Assembly: GCF_030684315.1 (NCBI RefSeq)
Contig: NC_081373.1
Span: 40,401,989-40,465,988 of the forward strand
Length of the DNA stretch: 64,000 nt
Direction of reading: 5' to 3'
From: Stegostoma tigrinum
Taxonomy: Eukaryota
The notes under the pieces were generated by a model. It saw only the letters and a list, made by a program, of their open reading frames with translations. It did no database searches and was not told where the DNA came from. The position numbers and the translations under genes are program-made. The stretch's first letter is position 1. Each line of letters opens with the position of its first letter. Of this stretch, positions 25,476 through 36,479 are shown piece by piece.

Positions 25476-26740
25476 GGGCTTTTGTGGCACAGCGCTAGTG
25501 TCTCTACCTGTGAGCCAGGAGACCCAGCTTCAAGTCCCACCTGTTCCAGAGGCATGCCATAACACCTCTGAACAAAAGCAAAATCCAAGTGATGGTTAAT
25601 AGTCAACAAAACAAGTCACCATGATTTGGTGGTGGGAAAGTTGTTTGGTAATGTGTGATAGCACTTTGGGATATATTTAAATAAAGCAGACTCAAAGACA
25701 TGCTGGATTTGTGGCAGAGTGGTTTGTGTCCCTACCTCTGATCCAGGAGGCCTGAGTTTAAATCCCATCTGCTCCAGAGGTGTGTCATAACATCTCTGAT
25801 ACAGGTTGGTTAGGAAAGATAAAGCAGACCCACGGGCCTAGTGGCACATAAATAGTGTCCCTGCCTCTGAGCCAGGAAACCCAGGCTCAGGTCCCACCAT
25901 CTCCAGAATGTGTAATAACATCATAGAATCCCTACTGTGAAAACACATTGAGTTTGCACAAACCTACTGAACAGAATCCCGCCCAGACTCACCGCATTAC
26001 CCTATCCCTGTAACCCCACATTTATCATGGCTCATCCACCTAGCCTGCACATCCCTGTACAATATGGGCAACTTAGCATGGTCAATCCACATCTCTGGAT
26101 TGTGGGAGGAAACTGGAGCATTTGGAAGAAGTGCAGACATGAGGAGAATGTACAACCTTCACACAGACAGCCATCCAAGTGTATAATTGAGCCTGGGTCC
26201 CTGTACATCCCTTAACAGGTTGATTCAGAAAATATAGTAAAGCAGCCCTAGTTTTGGTTGTGTGTGATGGTACATCTACATATTAAGTGATAAACAGACC
26301 TGGGAGCTTCTGTGGTGCAGTGATAATGCCTCTATCTTTGGGCCAGGTAGGCCTGCGTTGAAGTTCCTCCTCCTCCAGAAGTAGTGTAATGTCTCTGAAC
26401 AGGTTGATTAGGAAAATGTGGATAGTGGAATTGAGAAATTAATGAGTAAAATGCAATGGTTGAAATTTTAAATGAAAAATGTACATCTGTGGGGCTGGGG
26501 ATGATCTTATGGTGTCCCTGCCTCTGAGCTAGGAGGTCTTGGTTCAAATGCACATACTTCAGGGCTGTGTACTAACATCTCTGAACAGACTGATTTAGTT
26601 TTATAAAAAATGAAGCAGACCCAGCGGGTTCTTATGAAATAGTAGTAGCGTCCCTGCAATTGGAGCAAGAGGACCTAGTTTAAGGCCCACATACCCCGTC
26701 AGATAATATCTCTGAACAGGTTGATTAGGAGATTTTTAAA
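25476..26740 (+). mobile_element. Six copies of a ~115-bp tRNA-derived SINE (unit A) at ~25476, 25704, 25834, 26304, 26490 and 26626
   Basis: A box ~TGGYRCAGTGG, B box ~GGTTCAARTCC, 3' hairpin CAGAGGTGT-gtcata-ACATCTCTG, tail aacaggttgattaggaaa. Confidence 0.8.
25923..26204 (-). mobile_element. HE1-like V-SINE inserted into the third unit A copy
   Basis: Same family as 3803-4125; short duplication acatc on both sides; the unit A tail resumes at 26205. Confidence 0.85.
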
Positions 26741-27674
26741 AATTACAATGCAGACCTAGCCCTTTCCCAATATCCCTACTTTAACTTCGTTTTTGATAGA
26801 TCACATTATCTGTAGGGCATTGTCCTTAAATTTACAAATGGCGGCATGGGTGATTTACTGGTGGCAGCCAATAGTGTAAAAGCAAGAGGAAAAATTACAG
26901 TGATTTGGTGGTGGGAAGGCTGTTTGGTTGTATGTGATAACACCTCTGAAAATTTTAAGAAAAGCAGGCTCAGGGATGGATCTGCAGAAGTCTCTGTAAC
27001 CTAAGCTCACCAAGAGTATTAGCTGTATTTTAGTGTTCAACTGTAAACAATGTTACTTTCCAGTCAGGCCTCCTGATTTAAGGTTTGATAATCGATTTCA
27101 GCAAAATGTTTTGTCTTCTAGCTGATTGCTTTTTCCTCCACAACTTTCCTCTCATACAATTTTACAAATTTCACTCGTTACTACCCTATCTCTTATGTTC
27201 CCTAGAGAAATTTTAAAGTCCAATTGAATACAGTACTAACATAACAGCTTTGAAGAATAAATCAAATATTTCTACTTTATTCCAGGTACTGACATTCACA
27301 CACGGTTGTGCTTTATTTTAGATGACGTTTTGTTTTTCCTCTAAAGTAACTCAATAAATAATGCTGCACTTTTTGTATCTCAAAATCATCCTAATTTTAA
27401 AAAAATGTCGTTGTTGACATTGTTCCTTTAATATTTAATTTATTTCTCTTTAAAATAAACAAATATTCCTTTCTCATATGCACAGATATCATTGACACTG
27501 TGAATGAATGCATTTGTATTGTTTTCTGACTATTTTAATTTTCATGTGACCATTTTCTTTAAATAATGTAAAATATGACTTCAATGAACCTTAATTTCTG
27601 GAGCCCAGGCTTTGAAATGTTTGATAGTCAATATTTAATTTGTATAAAAAAGTTCTCCTCTCCTCAAAAACTTT

Positions 27675-28500
27675 GGCCCAGATTTTCCATTAACCAGACC
27701 TTTTGTTATTCCCCCATAGTTAGGGTTGTTCAAGGAGACCTGGCAGAATCCCCAATGTGGCTGTTAATTCCTTTATGCCTGAAGCACTCCAGAAGTTTCC
27801 TTAAAAATCAGAGACATTGAAAGGTTTTGATGAAATTAATTAGAATTGTTATATAAGGAAAGATAAACTATTTAATACATAATTTAAATCTGAAACAGGT
27901 ATTATTCAAAACTCATACTTCACGCCCCCAAATGCACTTTCCCCAGAAATCATATAGGCCCCAGACACCCCTGACCCAGGATCAACAACCCCCATCCCCA
28001 GGACCCGAGTCACCCTCTGGGGACCTGACACCTGCGCCCCCATTCCCTACATAACCTCGGTCAGATGAGATACATCACCACCCCCCTCCACCGCCACCCA
28101 TGCTGCACCTGATCCCACTCCTGAAAGCGCCCACACCGCACCCCCCGCAACCACCATGGGCAACACTAGGCCTGATCCCCATCCTGCATACCATCACCCT
28201 GGTCTGTAAAATCAAAACACTCCCCAATGTCATTAGAGCTGACTCCAACAGCACTCTCCAACCCCTTTCCAACATGCTTGTCAGACACCACTTCAATCTG
28301 ACACTCTTGACAATGAATCTCTCCACCCCTTCCCCCTCAGCTAGACAGGTTGTGACCTGCAGCCCCTGCCTGCCCCCACCCTTAATGAATCCAGCCCTCA
28401 CACTGTACTGCCAGTACTGAACCCCCAAGATCAGACAACTGTCCTCCTGGCCCAACTCCCTTGAACCCTTTCCTCCAGCCCCAGACAAAAGTCATATGCT
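27675..28500 (+). mobile_element. Non-autonomous TIR element (probably Harbinger-type), copy 1
   Basis: Begins ggcccagattttcc; 27735-27830 resembles the reverse complement of 48340-48440; C-rich body. Right end not found. Confidence 0.5.
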
Positions 28501-28867
28501 TTGCTCCTTGCGAGCAAGAGAAAGGTCTATCTCCTGTTACCTTGCTTTTTGTATCAAACTCTTTGACACTCACTTTCTCATTTTATAGAACATATCTTCA
28601 GACAGATTTCTTTCTGAATTACTCTTCCAATGTTTCGAGATGTCAAGCTGCTTTTTTATCTAGCGCCAATTCATGCAACTAAACATTGAACATGAACATA
28701 ACCTATTAACCAGAATTAAATGTTTACCCTTATGTTAAAGAATGCTTGGAATTCGCTCCAACCAGAAAATGACAAATCAATTTGAAACTCAATCTTAATA
28801 ATTCCAAAGTTAAACATTTATCTAAATTTTTTTTTCTTAAATCAAACAAAAGTCAGAAAAATTGCAG

Positions 28868-29062
28868 AGATAGTAGGAACTGCAGATGCTGGAGAATCTG
28901 AGATAAAACGGTATGGAGCTGGATGAACACAACAGGACAAGCAGCATCAGAGGAGCCGGAAAGCTGAAGAAAGGTCTCGACCCAAAACGTCAGCTTTCCT
29001 GCTCCTCTGATGCTGCTTGGCCTGCTGTGTTCATCCAGCTCCACAACGTTTTATCTCAGACC
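28868..29062. mobile_element. Palindromic PLE-end insertion
   Basis: Inverted arms 28897-28967 and 28990-29060 around hammerhead core ctgaaga-aaggtctcgaccc-aaaacgtc; 8-bp TSD aattgcag at 28860-28867 and 29063-29070. Confidence 0.88.
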
Positions 29063-30461
29063 AATTGCAGCTTTCTTCATTAACAAGAGAGAGGAAATTC
29101 ATTATATCTGTCTGATTCTTCTTTCTTCAATTGGCTTTCAAATGATTGCAATTTAAGAACTGAAGAAAAGGTGAATTTTCACAAGAAAACCTTTAACATT
29201 CTGACTCCAAACAAAAGTTACATAGCAACCATTCACAGTCATTTGTGACTCCGAGAGAGTCGCAATGTTACAACTGGAGAATCCTTTAATTAATGGGCAT
29301 TTTACCATCACTATCTTTTCTTAAATCTGGGACAGTTACAACAGAATAAAATCCCACCGCTAATTACTTCACATTGATACGGAACTTTAGTTTATGTGTT
29401 ACTAAATTGATGCAGGGAAACTCAATAATCACATCCGTATTTTCATATCTCCATGGACTCCAGGAATTTGTATTCCTATATTGAGTTATAAACTCAAAGT
29501 GCAAATTATGTCTCGGATCATGAGCACTAGGGGGAGAAAAATGCAAAATAAAGTTTTACTATCATTGTACAAATACATATTAAACAACATTTAACAAGTA
29601 AACTTTAAAACAGCATGCAAGATCTGGCCTTGACACATAAACATTGAGCTCCGTGATTTGCAGACACTCAAATAAATTTCATTAAAATAGAAAAGATTCA
29701 TGTCCAAATAAAATACACCCACCAAGCTTCTCAAATTAATGCGCAGGTTTCTTGTTTATGTTTTCTTCAACAAAGCTTCTTAAAGGTCACTGTTTGCCTT
29801 CCAATTTACTTTCTCACGTTCTATGAGTCACTTTCTTTAAAACTGAAATTTTCTCTTTTGCGTCTCGACCTGAGTTGTGGTTTGCTGAGAGTGAGGAGCA
29901 CAGAATGTGTTGCTTCGTAGTCAGACACACAAGCAGCTGAAACTGGAACTAGCTTCCTCTAATCTCAGCAATCAGTATTACCTGTTGCCTGTCTTCATAA
30001 ATATCTGCTTCCCAGTGAGGTTAGTTCACTGCTACTTTAACACAGCTTAGGTATCACACAGCTCCCGTGTCAGCCTCGCCTTTGCCTTTTTACTTACCGT
30101 AAACTTCTTGCCTGAACTGCTGTATCTCAATTAAAGTAGCTTCTTCATACAGATTGGATGTACTTTGTGTTCCATTATTGGTACTGACTGACTCGTCACC
30201 AAAGGATGGACTTGTCTCTTTAAATTATCCATCTCCTGATCTTCTTCCTGCAATTTTCTCTTTCCTGAATCAGTCCGACATCTCGAATGGCACATATTGA
30301 GGTAACACGTGACAAAATTATTCTTCATTTTTTCTCTTTCCTTTTTACCTTTTTGTCCCACTGTTCCTTATGCTAGTCTGGAGCCCACGACAGATCCATC
30401 TTCCTCAGTCATTTTGCTTAGGACCTTCTTATTTTTATCTGTCAAGAATTCAATGAATGAC

Positions 30462-30947
30462 TGAAAACAAAAATTGCTGGAGTTCAGAGCTAGTCAGGCA
30501 GCATCCATGGAGAAACTAAACTAATGTTTCGAGTCAAGATAACTCTTCATCAGAGCCAAAGTGAAGTGTGAAGGGGGCAGCATTTATGCAATAGTTTGGA
30601 TGGGGTGGAGTTGGAGTGCTGGGGGAGAAAAAATGTAGGTAGTTCAGGTTAAGTGATCGGAATGTGAGAATGCAGAACAATGGTGTGTCTAACTGCCAGA
30701 CTGGGAAATTGAGGGAAGGGGAGAGACGATATGGTAACAGCAAATGTAACAAGCAAAGCTAAAAGAAAGGTGGGGTGAATGGGTTCACAATTGTCATTGT
30801 GTACCCATTTATTTGTCCTCGGCATGCTGTAATGCTGCAGTGAATCATAGCAAAAACAAGAGGAGCAACATCCCATCTACAAACCAGGGACTTTACAACC
30901 TTCTGGGCTCAACATCGAGTTCAACATCTTCAAATTGTGAACCCATT
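30462..30947 (-). mobile_element. Older PLE 3' end with the ORF end inverted
   Basis: Minus-strand UTR and hammerhead; plus strand 30812-30939 encodes VLGML.C..EEQH.I...GTLQPSGLNIEFNIFKL*. Confidence 0.75.
30522..30553 (-). ncRNA. Minimal hammerhead ribozyme motif
   Basis: CUGAUGA-a-GAGUUA-ucu-UGACUC-GAAA-cauu with a 6-bp stem II. Confidence 0.75.
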
Positions 30948-31991
30948 AATTGGTACAACTACTGTTCCAACTGTTGCCATGTTTGCTCTTGATACTCTTT
31001 CATACAATTCTTAAATTTATGTTGCTGCTCATTCTGAGTTCAGCATGAGTGGCAGGGATATCAGAGAAGCTTAACTGTACTGTGGATTTTGCCTCATGTA
31101 TCAAAACTCTCCAGGGTTAGAAAGTATTGACATAACTGTGCTTGCTGAGCATTTTCAGCATTTCCTTTTTGTGTGGCAAATGGACAGTCATAGTGATGGC
31201 ACAGATATGTGTTCAGAAATTTATGTTGGAGGTCAGATTTCATACCAAGGTTGTGAACAGTGAGCTAAGTGAGAGATGTGCCAGGTTTCCTTATGCTTTA
31301 CTGATGAACAGATGCCTTAGGATTGGCCTTAGGATCACCAGCTGGGCAGCTATCACGATTGATGAATACGTTGCTGTGAAGTGTCAGAAATCCTCAAGTG
31401 ATCTTTACTGGTGCAGTTAATCATTTCGATTGTATCAATCTGTAGACAATATCATTCTTTTAAATGTAATTCTCTACTTTATTGCAGTAGGAGACTCAAT
31501 GTAATTTACTTGTGCTAATTTCCAGACATTATTTTTCCTTTGCAGCTGCACATCATCAAGCCCACTTTAGTGTTTTCCTGCACAAGTACACCTCATGATC
31601 TTTGAAGTATTCTTTCCATAGGCTACGAGCTTTGTCTGGTTTTTATCCTGCACTATATTTGTTATTCCCTTCAGCAAGGAGAGAGTATTTCAGGTCTAAC
31701 CCTCATCAGTCTAATTAATGCTCTCTGGAGCATGTAATATATTTATATGATTGGCACAAAAATGCCAGTGTTTAATATATGCAAATTGTGAGTTAGATAA
31801 TGATTTGAAATCATCTAAATCCAATGTGTCACTTTATTTGTGTCAAGATGAGAGAGGGGAGGAAATTCAAGCTTTATGTGCCTAAAGAACATGTCCTAGT
31901 GACTTTTTACAATCCTTTTAGTTAGCTTCAGCACCAGAAAATGCTAAGGGAGAATTAATAACAATGTATTTCATATTCTGGGCATGAGATT

Positions 31992-32109
31992 TAACCCCTG
32001 CTGTGTCGATCCATTGCTTGTGAGATCAAAGTAACTAGAATAACAAAGTAACCCCTGCTGTGTCGATCCATTGCTTGTGAGATCAAAGTAACTAGAGTAA
32101 CAAAGTAAC
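31992..32109. repeat. 57-bp tandem duplication with one mismatch
   Basis: taacccctgctgtgtcgatcc...taacaaag at 31992 and 32049. Confidence 0.95.
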
Positions 32110-32230
32110 TAACCTGGACCCACAGTTATCAAAGATAATGGGAACTGCAGATGCTGGAGATTCCAAGATAATAAAATGTGAGGCTGGATGAACACAGCAG
32201 GCCAAGCAGCATCTCAGGAGCACAAAAGCT

Positions 32231-32258
32231 GACGTTTCGGGCCTAGACCCTTCATCAG
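32231..32258 (-). ncRNA. Intact minimal hammerhead ribozyme core
   Basis: CUGAUGA-a-GGGUC-ua-GGCCC-GAAA-CGUC with a palindromic loopless stem III (ACGU) and GUC triplet, as established for PLE hammerheads. Local stem I is weak (2 bp). Confidence 0.85.
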
Positions 32259-32482
32259 AGAGGGGGATGGGGGGAGGGAACTGGAATAAATAGGGAGAGA
32301 GGGGGAGGCGGACCGAAGATGGAGAGCAAAGAAGATAGGTGGAGAGGGTGTAGGTGGGGAGGTAGGGAGGGGATAGGTCAGTCCAGGGAAGACGGACAGG
32401 TCAAGGAGGTGGGATGAGGTTAGTAGGTAGCTGGGGGTGCGGCTGGGGGTGGGAGGAAGGGATGGGTGAGAGGAAGAACCGG

Positions 32483-33965
32483 TTAGGGAGGCAGAGACAG
32501 GTTGGACTGGTTTTGGGATGCAGTGGGTGGGGGGGAAGAGCTGGGCTGGTTGTGTGGTGCAGTGGGGGGAGGGGATGAACTGGGCTGGTTTAGGGATGCA
32601 GTGGGGGAAGGGGAGATTTTGAAACTGGTGAAGTCCACATTGATACCATATGGCTGCAGGGTTCCCAGGCGGAATATGAGTTGCTGTTCCTGCAACCTTC
32701 GGGTGGCATCATTGTGGCAGTGCAGGAGGCCCATGATGGACATGTCATCAAGAGAATGGGAGGGGGAGTGGAAATGGTTTGCGACTGGGAGGTGCAGTTG
32801 TTTGTTGCGAACTGAGCGGAGGTGTTCTGCAAAGCGGTCCCCAAGCCTCCGCTTGGTTTCCCCAATGTAGAGAAAGCCGCACCGGGTACAGTGGATGCAG
32901 TATACCACATTGGCAGATGTGCAGGTGAACCTCTGCTTAATGTGGAATGTCATCTTGGGGCCTGGGATGGGGGTGAGGGAGGAGGTGTGGGGACAAGTGT
33001 AGCATTTCCTGCGGTTGCAGGGGAAGGTGCCGGGTGTGGTGGGGTTGGAGGGCAGTGTGGAGCGAACAAGGGAGTCACGGAGAGAGTGGTCTCTCCGGAA
33101 AGCAGACAGGGGTGGGGATGGAAAAATGTCTTGGGTGGTGGGGTCGGATTGTAAATGGCGGAAGTGTCGGAGGATAATGCGTTGTATCCGGAGGTTGGTA
33201 GGGTGGTGTGTGAGAACGAGGGGGATCCTCTTGGGGCGGTTGTGGCGGGGGCGGGGTGTGAGGGATGTGTCGCGGGAAATGCGGGAGACGCGGTCAAGGG
33301 CGTTCTCAATCACCGTGGGGGGGAAGTTGCGGTCCTTAAAGAACTTGGACATCTGGGATGTGCGGGAGTGGAATGTCTTATCGTGGGAGCAGATGCGGCG
33401 GAGGCGGAGGAATTGGGAATAGGGGATGGAGTTTTTGCAGGAGGGTGGGTGGGAGGAGGTGTATTCTAGGTAGCTGTGGGAGTCGGTGGGCTTGAAATGG
33501 ACATCAGTTACAAGCTGGTTGCCTGAGATGGAGACTGAGAGGTCCAGGAAGGTGAGGGATGTGCTGGAGATGGCCCAGGTGAACTGAAGGTTGGGGTGGA
33601 AGGTGTTGGTGAAGTGGATGAACTGTTCGAGCTCCTCTGGGGAGCAAGAGGCGGCGCCGATACAGTCATCAATGTACCGGAGGAAGAGGTGGGGTTTGGG
33701 GCCTGTGTAGGTGCGGAAGATGGACTGTTCCACGTAACCTACAAAGAGGCAGGCATAGCTGGGGCCCATGCGGGTGCCCATGGCCACCCCCTTAGTCTGT
33801 AGGAAGTGGGAGGAGTCAAAAGAGAAGTTGTTGAGTGTGAGGACGAGTTCCGCTAGGCGGATGAGAGTGTCGGTGGAGGGGGCCTGGTCGGGCCTGCGGG
33901 ACAGGAAGAAGCGGAGGGCCTTGAGGCCATCTCCATGCGGAATGCAGGTGTACAGGGACTGGACG
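32483..33965 (-). CDS. PLE reverse transcriptase plus GIY-YIG endonuclease, N-terminally truncated
   Basis: Motifs VQSLYT, QTKGVAMGTRMGPSYA, LRYIDD, linker CNRRKCYTC and NVVYCIHCTRCGFLYIGETKRRLGDRFAEH. The listed start at 33979 lies in the TSD and is not a real start. Confidence 0.95.
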
Positions 33966-34878
33966 CCCACAGTTATCAAGGTGTCTGCACTTATGTTGCA
34001 ATGTCACTTTTATTCGCAGCATTGTGCATGTTACCTACATCACAAATCCTTCATCAGCAAAGGACCCACAGCACCTCATAAAATGCTCAGCACTTACAGA
34101 ACATTTTCTTCTGAATTAAATTAGCAATTATGATGAGCAACCATTTAAATGTTTCAGACAGAAATTCTGTTAAGGTCAGTTCTTTTCAAGCAACACATTT
34201 TAGTGATATAAAAGTAATTTCCTTTCAAATCATTGGTTGCAGGCTGATTTTAAAGCCCAGGAATAGAAGGCACAATGTTGCTAAAGTTTTAACAATGGTA
34301 CATGTGATTTTCTGGGAAAAATAGTCTTTCACATGTTTTGGGCTGCAACGTTTGATATCATAACTGTGGGGATTTAAATGATGCATATTGTGTAATAAAT
34401 GAGCTAAAACATTAAAAATATTCCAGTCATATCTGAAAACATTTTGTTCCCACCTCATGTTACTTATTATTCCATTAGAATATGTTCTTTACAGTGAATT
34501 GAATGTAGAGATTGTCTGCAAGTAAATGCATTGGCTTTCAAATGCTTTGAATGAACATTAAACATTTAGGTAATTATAGCATTCCTTTATGAGTTGTGGG
34601 TGCTTACAAAAGGTTAGCTTTTAGAAGTTTTCAACACTGCTCACAGTATCCACAAATGTAAAGAAACAATTTCCATGTGACTTTACTAATAAAGCAAACA
34701 TGCTGATCAAATAAATTGCTATATGCTGTGCACTCTTCATTGGGATAATAGGATATATTACCTGTCTTGAAGTTCATTCCAAGTATTATAGTTGTTCAGC
34801 TCATAATCATAAAAATAAATTTAAAATGTTGGTACTCATGTAAAATAATAATGTTATTATGGAAACATGTCTTAAAAA

Positions 34879-35235
34879 GAGAGGTAATGGCCTAGTGGTA
34901 TTATCGCTGGACTGTTAATCCAGACACGCAGAAAATATTCTGAGAACCCGGGCTCAAATGCTGCCACAGCAGACGGAGGAATTTGAATAAAACTAAAAAA
35001 AATCTGGAATTAAAAATCTAATGATGACCATGAATCCTTTGCCAATTGCTGGGAAAAACCCATCTGGTTCACTGATGTCCCTTAGGGAAGGAAACCACCA
35101 TCCTTACCCGGTCTGGCTTACATGTGATTCCAGACCCACGGTAATGTGGTTGACTCTTAGCTGCCCTCTGGACAATTAGGGGTGGGCAATAAATGCTGTC
35201 TAGCCAGTGATGCCCTCATCCCGTGAATGAATAAA
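34879..35235 (+). mobile_element. tRNA-derived SINE sharing both ends with family B LINE
   Basis: A box tggcctagtgg, B-like ggctcaaatgc, tail gggcaataaatgc..catcccgtgaatgaataaa. Confidence 0.85.
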
Positions 35236-35387
35236 GGTAAAAAATCTCTGCCAGCTTTAGAAATGAACCAAGACACAACACAGCCTACTGGCATTTTCAT
35301 GTCATTAAGTTTGTGTTGCAATGTGTTATTTTGAATCATTCTTTAAACAATATATAAAAATGAAAACTGGAGGGGATGGGAATATGC

Positions 35388-36310
35388 CCACAGCACGCCA
35401 TTTCCTCCACCTCCAGCGAGATGCCACCAACAGATGCACATTCCCCAACCCTCCCTTGTCTGCCTTCTGCAGGGACTGTTCCCTCTGGGACACCCTGGTC
35501 CACACTTCCTTCAACCCCAACACCTCCCCACAGCCCTATGGCACCTTCCCCTGTAACTGGCAAAGGTACAACACCTGCCAATTTACCTTCTCCCTCCCCA
35601 GTATCCAAGGACCAATACATACCTTCCAGGTGAAGCAACACTTCACCTGCTCTTCCCAGAATCTAGTCTAGTGCATTTGCTGCTCACAATGTGGTCCCCT
35701 CTACACTGGGGAAGTGAAGTGTAGACTTGGCGACCGTTTTGCAGAACATCCACGATCTGCTCACAAAAAAGACCCTGAACTACCTATTGCCTGACACTTC
35801 AATGCACCACTCTGCTCCCTGGCCAACATCTCTCTCTCTGGCTTGCTGCAGTGCTCCAATGGAGGCCAATGCAGGCTGGATGAACAGCACCTCATTTTCC
35901 ATTTGGGGATCCTACAGCCCTCTGGACTCAATATTGAGTTCTATAATTTTAGGGCCTAATCTCTCCCATGTCCTAGCCCCCTACCCCATACATCAGGCCT
36001 AGTTGCCACATAGCCTGCCATTACACACCCCCTGTTGTTAGTCACTAACAATCCCCATTTACAACTATTCACCCTCCCAGCCTGATTGTCAGCAACTCCT
36101 TTGTCTGCCCAACTACCTTTCCCTCTCTTTGGGCTCCATCCTAACGTTTACTCCCTATCACACCCACCTCCCTATATTCTGCATATAAACTGATGTTTTC
36201 CCAACCATCATCAGTTCTGAGGAAGGGTCACCGGACCCAAAATGTTAACTATGTTTTTTTTCCTTCACAGATGCTGCCAGACCTGTAGAGCTTTTTCAGC
36301 AATTTTGTGT
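35388..36310 (+). mobile_element. Second-family PLE 3' portion, degenerate
   Basis: RHFLHLQRD..PPLSAFCRDCSLWDTLV..GTFPCN..FQVKQHFTCSSQNLV*CICCSQCGPLYTGE; hammerhead ctgagga-agggtcaccggaccc-aaaa-tgtt at 36217-36247. Confidence 0.9.
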
Positions 36311-36479
36311 AGAAAGTCTCTAATGTTCCCATCCTGCAAGCATGAACTATTATTCAGGAATAGCCATTTAACCCTCAGAGGACTCTGATGTAGATTCAGA
36401 AACTGAGTCTTCATTTTTCTACCAATTAGTGATTCTGATGGAGATAAATATGTGCCAGGAAGTGAATAATGCATTTGGA

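Larger units (their letters stand above)
25260..26975 (+). repeat. Heterogeneous array: ~15-bp direct-repeat linkers separating small-RNA- and SINE-derived cassettes
   Basis: Linker variants at ~25361, 25460, 25574, 25680, 25819, 26238, 26290, 26610, 26745 and 26959; all cassettes are co-oriented. Confidence 0.8.
32133..33965 (-). mobile_element. Young 5'-truncated Penelope-like element (Neptune-type)
   Basis: 14-bp TSD cccacagttatcaa at 32119-32132 and 33966-33979; CpG-rich; uninterrupted ORF; hammerhead near the 3' end. Confidence 0.95.

Noticed and set aside
25260-26975. True CRISPR array
   Set aside because: Eukaryotic context, no cas genes, degenerate short linkers, and long cassettes that are mostly copies of each other; the resemblance is architectural only.
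28075-28488. 137-aa and 106-aa ORFs
   Set aside because: Low-complexity C-rich repeat body with no protein motifs.
32502-34124. Overlapping plus-strand and alternative-frame ORFs of 68-135 aa
   Set aside because: These are shadow ORFs of the GC-rich PLE coding region.
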